Source: a virus (Duplodnaviria > Caudoviricetes). From it: a stretch of 30,386 nt of DNA. The notes under the pieces were generated by a model. It made no database searches. It was not told where the DNA came from and worked only from the letters and a program-made list of their open reading frames with translations. Positions 24,966 to 30,386 of the stretch are shown here, one piece after another (positions within the stretch are counted from its first letter, which is position 1; each line of letters begins with the position of its first letter). Both the position numbers and the translations under genes were made by a program. The DNA is taken from positions 1 through 30,386 of the IMG/VR virus record IMGVR_UViG_3300047450_000085. One strand, given 5' to 3'.

Positions 24966-25675
24966 TTCCAATGCGCCTTTACCCAAGGATCGTGACAGTT
25001 ATGAGGATTAGGATCTCCGTGAAACACAGCAATACTATTTCCAGGATCAATGTTAGGAGTTCCTATATTAGGAAAGTTTCTACCGCCGTTTGATTTATCT
25101 AATACAAGCCGAGGATTACCACGCATTTCCCACTTATAACTTCTAATCCATTCATCTGGCCAAAACTCGTAGCCTGAAGTAATTTTATATTTCATCCAAT
25201 CTTGATCACCGTGCCAACGTTTTGAATTTGTTTTTATATCTTTTATAAAGTCAGTATACACATGTGTATGTTGACCAGTTTCTAATCTAAATACACTAGA
25301 ATTAAATTTCTTGTAGTCATGTATCCGTATACGGTTAAAGTCTCTAATAATACAAAATTCACCCGGCTTGTATGTAAAAAGTTTGTCTATGTTGTCGAAC
25401 ACAATCATATCCAAATCTAAGAATAGTAGTGTACCTTGTATTTCTAATTCAGGATTAAAAAAGAAAGGCTTATACCACCATCCTTGTACATGTTTATTAA
25501 TAGGTAAAGGTATAGTTTTTATGTTAGGATCAATACCAGTATCATCTTCTGTAAAACATACAAAATTAAAATTAAGCGTAATGTTACGCTTAACCATATT
25601 GTAAAGATTATTTACATATTGTGCTGAATATTTTTTGCCATATTTTAAACAACAAATGTACCTTGGGTTACTCAT
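24962..25675 (-). CDS. GT-A fold glycosyltransferase (GT8-like)
   Basis: CLKYGKKYS, FVCFTE, WWYK, FLDLD (DxD), FNSSV, GDQ and VFHGDPNP; start at 25675 overlaps the queD stop. Confidence 0.85.
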   Translation of the reverse strand: MSNPRYICCLKYGKKYSAQYVNNLYNMVKRNITLNFNFVCFTEDDTGIDPNIKTIPLPINKHVQGWWYKPFFFNPELEIQGTLLFLDLDMIVFDNIDKLFTYKPGEFCIIRDFNRIRIHDYKKFNSSVFRLETGQHTHVYTDFIKDIKTNSKRWHGDQDWMKYKITSGYEFWPDEWIRSYKWEMRGNPRLVLDKSNGGRNFPNIGTPNIDPGNSIAVFHGDPNPHNCHDPWVKAHWK

Positions 25676-26150
25676 CAACAAACCTTGTTTTGGTCCATGT
25701 AAAAGGCGTAAAGATAGCACTGTTAGCACCATGCTCTGAACATTCTACAGACTCAACCCAGCAACGCCCGTGTGTCATTTCTTTTACTAGATTGTCAGCA
25801 AAGCGCCATGCATGTTCTGCAAACTTTTCTGCACCAACACCGTCTAGCTGTGTAATTTGTGCAAGACCCTTTGTCTCAAGTTCTAGTAAGTCGGTTTTCA
25901 TTGGATCATTGATGTCAATTACTGTCTTGTGATCAAATGTATCTTCGAGCCACGCCTTTAGTGGTTTTAGTCCACCAAAGTCTACGCCCCAGTTACGATG
26001 ATCTAAATCATTACATCCAAATGTAAATTTAAATGCTAAACTGTATCCATGTAAAAATCTGCAATGTGAATGATCTGCGTGTGGTTGACGAAACACTGCT
26101 GATAGTCCAATGTTATGTCCATACGTTTTAGTCGAATAGTAGTTACCCAT
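25668..26150 (-). CDS. queD: QueD/6-pyruvoyltetrahydropterin synthase-like T-fold protein (variant motifs)
   Basis: HCRFLHGY, VDFGGLK, FDH, GAEKFAE and ECSEHGANSA; true start is the ATG at 26150 after AAGGAG. Confidence 0.9.
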   Translation of the reverse strand: MGNYYSTKTYGHNIGLSAVFRQPHADHSHCRFLHGYSLAFKFTFGCNDLDHRNWGVDFGGLKPLKAWLEDTFDHKTVIDINDPMKTDLLELETKGLAQITQLDGVGAEKFAEHAWRFADNLVKEMTHGRCWVESVECSEHGANSAIFTPFTWTKTRFVDE

Positions 26151-26219
26151 AGTTATCTCCTTGGCTAATGGAGTGTGCGGAATGTTTATAGTGGGGACGA
26201 ACACGAAGTCCACTTATTG
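26151..26219 (-). ncRNA. Candidate structured 5' leader (preQ1/preQ0-type riboswitch-like) of queD
   Basis: AGUGG/CCACU stem with loop ACUUCGUGUUCGUCC, linker AUAAACAUUCC, potential GUGU/GCAC pseudoknot, and CUCC able to pair with the GGAG RBS. Confidence 0.5.
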
Positions 26220-26224
26220 CTTTA

Positions 26225-26253
26225 ATTATATACTATATAGCACATCATGTCAA
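26225..26253 (-). promoter_or_regulatory. Perfect sigma70 promoter for the queD operon
   Basis: Minus strand TTGACA (26253-26248), 17 nt, TATAAT (26230-26225). Confidence 0.9.
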
Positions 26254-26275
26254 GTCCTAATTAACTTTAGATTGA

Positions 26276-26282
26276 ATAAATA
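26276..26282 (+). promoter_or_regulatory. T4-like late promoter motif ATAAATA
   Basis: About 30 nt upstream of the fibre ATG at 26312, with a GAGGAG RBS between. Confidence 0.65.
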
Positions 26283-26311
26283 CAGTAGACGTAACCGTGA
26301 GGAGTAGCGAA

Positions 26312-29300
26312 ATGCCAGCAGCATTTTATGATTTTTTTAGAAAAATAAATTTGAAATATATAGATGGATCAGCAGTTATACAACCTGATTTTTCAGTTGA
26401 AGCAGATTCAACAGTAGACGAACTTAATATTATAAGAGGAGCGGGTGTTAACTTTGGTTCAGCAGATGCAGACTCATTTAAGATTGATGTAGAATATGAT
26501 TTAAGTGTACCGTTAGGAACTACTGCTGTTAGATTAACAGACATAAACAATAACGTATCTGACTTAAATTTTGTTGCTGGTAACAACATTACACTCACAA
26601 GAGTTGATGCAAATAATTTACGAATTGACAGTGCTGACTTAACAATTGTTGTTAATGCAATATCAACGGCAAATCCTAGTTTAATCACAACTGCTACACC
26701 ACATGGGTTATTAGACGGCGCTGTTGTAACATTTGCTGATACAGGTATTGTTACATTAGATGATAATCAATTTTATGCTGACGTTTCGAACACAACACAA
26801 TTTACAATCTATACTGATTCAGGACTAACTACTCCAGTTGACGGATCAGGATTTTCATATACAAGTGGCGGTAGTATCCAAGTTGAATCAGTTGATACAT
26901 TAAGTATCTTGCTTGACGTTAATATTCCTAACTCGCAAGATAACGATATTTTAAACTATAATGCTACTGAATCTAAATGGGAAAATACAAGCACGCCTAC
27001 ATTTGGTACTGCTACAGCAACCACAGGATTTATTGGTAATATTGATGGTAATCTTACTGGTGGAATTATAAGCGAAAATACGTCTTTAACTATATTAGAT
27101 ACAACTGCTGCAACTGCTATGTATACAGGTGATGTAACAGGTAGAGCAGATACAGCAGATGCTTGGCACACAGCAAGAACATTTAGTTTTGGCGGCGGTG
27201 ATGTATCGGGATTCTTTACTACAGACGGTAGTGCTGATATTAATAATATACAACTTACTATTGGTGCTAACTCTGTACTATTGGGCACAGATACAGTTGG
27301 TCAGTATACTAAAAGACTAGCAGTAAGCGGCGTAGGCTTGTCAGCAACAACGCCAGAAACTGATGACGCAACAGAATATACAATTACATCAAACGCAACT
27401 GATGCTGCTACAGCTGACACTATTGTATCAAGAGATGCAAACGGCGACTTTGCAGCCAATGTAATTACTTCAGATCTAACAGGTAATGTAACTGGTAACG
27501 TTGACGGTAATTTAACAGGTGGAGTTATAAGCGAGAATACATCAAATACTATTCTAGACACTACAGGCGCTGTCGCAATGTACACAGGTGATGTAACAGG
27601 TAATGCTGATACAGCTACCGCTTTAAGTTCAGCTGTTACAGTGACGCTTACAGGCGATGTAGCAGGTACTGCAACCTTTACAAATGCAGGTGATACAGCA
27701 AGTATTGCTGCTACTATACAAGCAGATAGTGTTGCACTAGGTACAGACACAACAGGTAACTATGTAAGAACTATTACAGGTACAGCAAACGAAATTGCTG
27801 TTGCAAATAGTGGCACAGAAGATGCAGATATTGTTTTAAGTTTACCGAATGATGTTACTATTCCGAATGACTTAACAGTAACTAACAATTTAATTGTTTC
27901 ACAAAATTTAACAGTAAGCGGCACGACTACTACAGTAAACTCAAATGAAGTTAACATAGGTGATAGTATAATATTGCTAAACAGTGACGAAGCAGGTGTG
28001 CCTAGTCAAAATGGCGGTATTGAAATAGAGCGTGGCACTGCTGATAATGCAAGATTTATTTGGGACGAAACAAACGATACATGGTCTCCACAGTTATTCA
28101 ATACAACTTGGCAAAATACAACACTTACTGCAAGTGAGTTTATAGGTCCACTTACTGGTGCTGTTACAGGTAATGCTGATACTGCTTCTAAATGGCAAAC
28201 TGCAAGAAGTGTAAATTTTGGCACAGGAGACGTAAGTGGTTCATTTACTATAGACGGCGATGATGATATCAATGATATTGTACTTACTGTTGCAGATGAT
28301 AGTCACAATCATGTGTCTACAAACATCTCAGACTTCCAAGAAGCAGTAACAGACACAGTTGGTGCTATGGTAAGTGCTAACACAGAAAGTGGTGGTATTG
28401 ACGTATCATTTGATGATGCTACTGACAAACTAAACTTCCAGCTTAGTACTGTTAACTTGACACTAACTAATACAGTTGGTGTAGGTGTTACAGGAAGTGC
28501 AACTATTGATCTTTCGCAGTCAACTATTAACTTAGAAACTGAATTCAACGGACAGCTACCACTAGGTACAAGCACTGCAGGAAACTATGTAGAAGACTTT
28601 TCAGTCACATCAGGTACAGGTATTAGCGTAACAGGTGAGTCACCTGCTGCTGAAGGTAACAATATAACTATTGCTGGCATCGATGCAACTAGTACAGTAA
28701 AAGGTGTTGCAAGTTTTGATGCAACCGACTTCCTTGTTTCAAGTGGTGCAGTTTCTCTTGTACACGAAGCAGTTGAAGACATTGTAGGTGAAATGGTTTC
28801 AGGAAATACTGAAGGTGGTATATCTGTAACATATGACGACACTGCTAATAAACTTAACTTTGACGTAAACAATACTAGACTTATATTTACAATGGGTGGC
28901 GCTACAGTTGCAGACGAAGTTGTTTCTCCTGGTGTTGATACTACTATTGCTATTTCAAGATCTCCAACTGTTACAGTGAGCGGTGCAGTAGCAGGTACAG
29001 TCGAACTTACTAACTTAGGTAGTGCATCTCTAACAACCACAATGACATCAAATCTAGATGATATAAATGATGTAAATGTAACTAATCCTACTGATGGATA
29101 TTTCTTACAATGGAATAATGCTGCAAGTGAATTTGTACTTGCTGCTGTTGGTGGCGTTAGTGTACCTACACTAGATGATGTTTTAACACAAGGCGCTACA
29201 AGTGCTTTAACAACTACGCTTTCAAATACAACAGGCAGCGGAACTGGTGCAGGATTAGTAGTTGAAGAAGTAAGTGCCACAGGCACTGAAGTAAACTTTA

Positions 29301-29872
29301 CTAAAAATATAGATGCTGGATCAAACAATGTTACTGCTACACAATTTATAGGTGAACATAGAGGTGATGTTGCTCAAGCAGACGGAACTACAATCATAGA
29401 CGCTACAGCAGGTACAATGGATTGGACAAAACTAGCAAATGTTCCAACTCCGGTATATGCTGTAGTATCTTGTGGCACTAGTGCATTTGGTGTAGTTGAG
29501 CGTAATGGCGGTACTGTTGATACTATACCGTTTGACACAGTTGATAGTCAAAATAGTACAGACTTTAATGCAGGCACCTATACATATACTACTCCAGTTG
29601 CTGGTGTTTATCGAGTAATGATGAATGTTTATACAAAAGGTGTTGTTGCAGACGGTGGTACATTTAATGGAAACGATACTGAGTATTTTATTAGAACACA
29701 AGAAAACGGCCAAAGTTCAGTTGATCAGTCACAAGGGCCTGTAAATAGTACAGCACAAAGTTTCTCAAGCAAAGAATGGATTTTAAGTTTAGGTGCTAGT
29801 TGCACAATCAAAGCATTATTTAAAGGACAGATCTACGAAAGATCACAAATGACAATTACTAAATTATTCTAA
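26312..29872 (+). CDS. Long tail fibre/adhesin with C-terminal C1q-like domain
   Basis: Thr/Gly/Asp-rich; ADTA..W-x-TAR...GDVSG fibre repeats; GGIEIERG motif; C-terminal IPFDTV...FNAGTYTYTTPVAGVY; start at the ATG at 26312. Confidence 0.85.
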   Translation: MPAAFYDFFRKINLKYIDGSAVIQPDFSVEADSTVDELNIIRGAGVNFGSADADSFKIDVEYDLSVPLGTTAVRLTDINNNVSDLNFVAGNNITLTRVDANNLRIDSADLTIVVNAISTANPSLITTATPHGLLDGAVVTFADTGIVTLDDNQFYADVSNTTQFTIYTDSGLTTPVDGSGFSYTSGGSIQVESVDTLSILLDVNIPNSQDNDILNYNATESKWENTSTPTFGTATATTGFIGNIDGNLTGGIISENTSLTILDTTAATAMYTGDVTGRADTADAWHTARTFSFGGGDVSGFFTTDGSADINNIQLTIGANSVLLGTDTVGQYTKRLAVSGVGLSATTPETDDATEYTITSNATDAATADTIVSRDANGDFAANVITSDLTGNVTGNVDGNLTGGVISENTSNTILDTTGAVAMYTGDVTGNADTATALSSAVTVTLTGDVAGTATFTNAGDTASIAATIQADSVALGTDTTGNYVRTITGTANEIAVANSGTEDADIVLSLPNDVTIPNDLTVTNNLIVSQNLTVSGTTTTVNSNEVNIGDSIILLNSDEAGVPSQNGGIEIERGTADNARFIWDETNDTWSPQLFNTTWQNTTLTASEFIGPLTGAVTGNADTASKWQTARSVNFGTGDVSGSFTIDGDDDINDIVLTVADDSHNHVSTNISDFQEAVTDTVGAMVSANTESGGIDVSFDDATDKLNFQLSTVNLTLTNTVGVGVTGSATIDLSQSTINLETEFNGQLPLGTSTAGNYVEDFSVTSGTGISVTGESPAAEGNNITIAGIDATSTVKGVASFDATDFLVSSGAVSLVHEAVEDIVGEMVSGNTEGGISVTYDDTANKLNFDVNNTRLIFTMGGATVADEVVSPGVDTTIAISRSPTVTVSGAVAGTVELTNLGSASLTTTMTSNLDDINDVNVTNPTDGYFLQWNNAASEFVLAAVGGVSVPTLDDVLTQGATSALTTTLSNTTGSGTGAGLVVEEVSATGTEVNFTKNIDAGSNNVTATQFIGEHRGDVAQADGTTIIDATAGTMDWTKLANVPTPVYAVVSCGTSAFGVVERNGGTVDTIPFDTVDSQNSTDFNAGTYTYTTPVAGVYRVMMNVYTKGVVADGGTFNGNDTEYFIRTQENGQSSVDQSQGPVNSTAQSFSSKEWILSLGASCTIKALFKGQIYERSQMTITKLF
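27035..27616 (+). repeat. Diverged 123-bp (41 aa) direct repeat within the fibre gene: 27035-27157 and 27494-27616
   Basis: GNIDGNLTGGIISENTSLTILDTTAATAMYTGDVTGRADTA versus GNVDGNLTGGVISENTSNTILDTTGAVAMYTGDVTGNADTA. Confidence 0.9.
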
Positions 29873-30160
29873 TTCGTCAAAATCTTTTTTAATATCTTTA
29901 ATGGTAGCAGTTACAATTTTTAATTTTGTTTCTGCTTCCTTTAGCAATTTGCTCATCTTGTAAATAGACCAAGTGCTCCAAAACCACCAATACACACAAG
30001 AAGAAAAGAACGCGGTTGCTATTACTATATAGAACCAGTCGGTATAATTGAAGAAGTATGATATTGCTATTGCTCCGAGTGCTATCATTGGAGCAATTCT
30101 TGCTAATACTCCCCAAAATTTAGACTGAGTTATAATTTTATTATTTAGAAATTTGCCCAA
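29864..30160 (-). CDS. 2-TM membrane protein with C-terminal coiled coil
   Basis: Two hydrophobic Trp-rich segments followed by a heptad pattern; start codon uncertain. Confidence 0.7.
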   Translation of the reverse strand: MGKFLNNKIITQSKFWGVLARIAPMIALGAIAISYFFNYTDWFYIVIATAFFSSCVYWWFWSTWSIYKMSKLLKEAETKLKIVTATIKDIKKDFDELE

Positions 30161-30386
30161 ACTGTTTCCATTCTCCAGGATTACCTGTTCGTGTACAGAT
30201 CCAACCTACCCATCCTGTTGGGTTTGGATTGTCGTTCCACACGATATCTCCTTTATTCCAATGTCCAGTTTTTGGTGCAGCATCAGCAGACGCCATTTTC
30301 TTATTTTGAAATTTAATTGGTCCAGCGGATGTAATATCACAATCTGGTGTAACATTAATACCTAGTTTACCCTTTACTATAGTGTC
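30141..30386 (-). CDS. C-terminal part of a tail fibre/spike-like protein (enters from the right edge)
   Basis: Hand translation ...AAPKTGHWNKGDIVWNDNPNPTGWVGWICTRTGNPGEWKQFGQISK*, a C-terminal module common in phage tail proteins. Confidence 0.8.
   Translation of the reverse strand, partial: DTIVKGKLGINVTPDCDITSAGPIKFQNKKMASADAAPKTGHWNKGDIVWNDNPNPTGWVGWICTRTGNPGEWKQFGQISK

Noticed and set aside
26151-26213. 21-aa N-terminal extension of QueD from the GTG at 26213
   Set aside because: No room for an RBS after the predicted TSS; AAGGAG precedes the ATG at 26150, so the region is better read as a leader RNA.
27035-27616. Repeat pair as a possible DGR template/variable repeat
   Set aside because: Differences are mostly synonymous and not adenine-specific, both copies are mid-gene, and no reverse transcriptase is in the window.
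26326-29713. Minus-strand ORFs up to 247 aa within the fibre gene
   Set aside because: Antisense shadows of a Thr/Gly/Asp-rich gene.
1-30386. tRNA, CRISPR array, IS elements, stop-codon reassignment
   Set aside because: Intergenic gaps are short with no cloverleaf or spaced repeats seen; no transposase; genes tile densely under code 11 using TAA, TGA and TAG stops.

Overview
AT-rich, gene-dense 30 kb segment of a large tailed dsDNA phage (T4-like/jumbo myovirus style). Evidence: an RFC/gp44-type clamp loader, a GroES-like co-chaperonin, (T)ATAAATA late-promoter motifs and giant virion proteins with gp9/gp10-like N-termini. Host-like genes (pseudoazurin, aa3 cytochrome c oxidase subunit IV, DoxX) point to an alphaproteobacterial, probably Rhodobacterales-type, host; this is an inference. 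Left (1-8.6 kb, minus strand): clamp loader, a tightly coupled cassette of periplasmic/membrane electron-transfer genes, two MazG-fold pyrophosphatases, a DEDDh exonuclease, a SWIM protein, an M42 aminopeptidase, GroES and a 173-aa stand-alone piece of a DnaE-type polymerase. Middle (8.6-22.3 kb): late structural block with 1078-aa and 2822-aa proteins, headed by an IscA/HesB Fe-S carrier. Right: UvsE, a glycosyltransferase, a non-canonical QueD and a 1186-aa C1q-tipped fibre on the plus strand. The best candidates for new biology are (1) a compact structured leader with preQ1-II/III-like features between a perfect sigma70 promoter and the queD RBS, i.e. a candidate phage riboswitch, and (2) the CoxIV-pseudoazurin-DoxX respiratory cassette with a palindrome over its promoter. 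I saw no tRNA, rRNA, CRISPR array or IS. All family calls come from motif recognition by eye, not from database searches.
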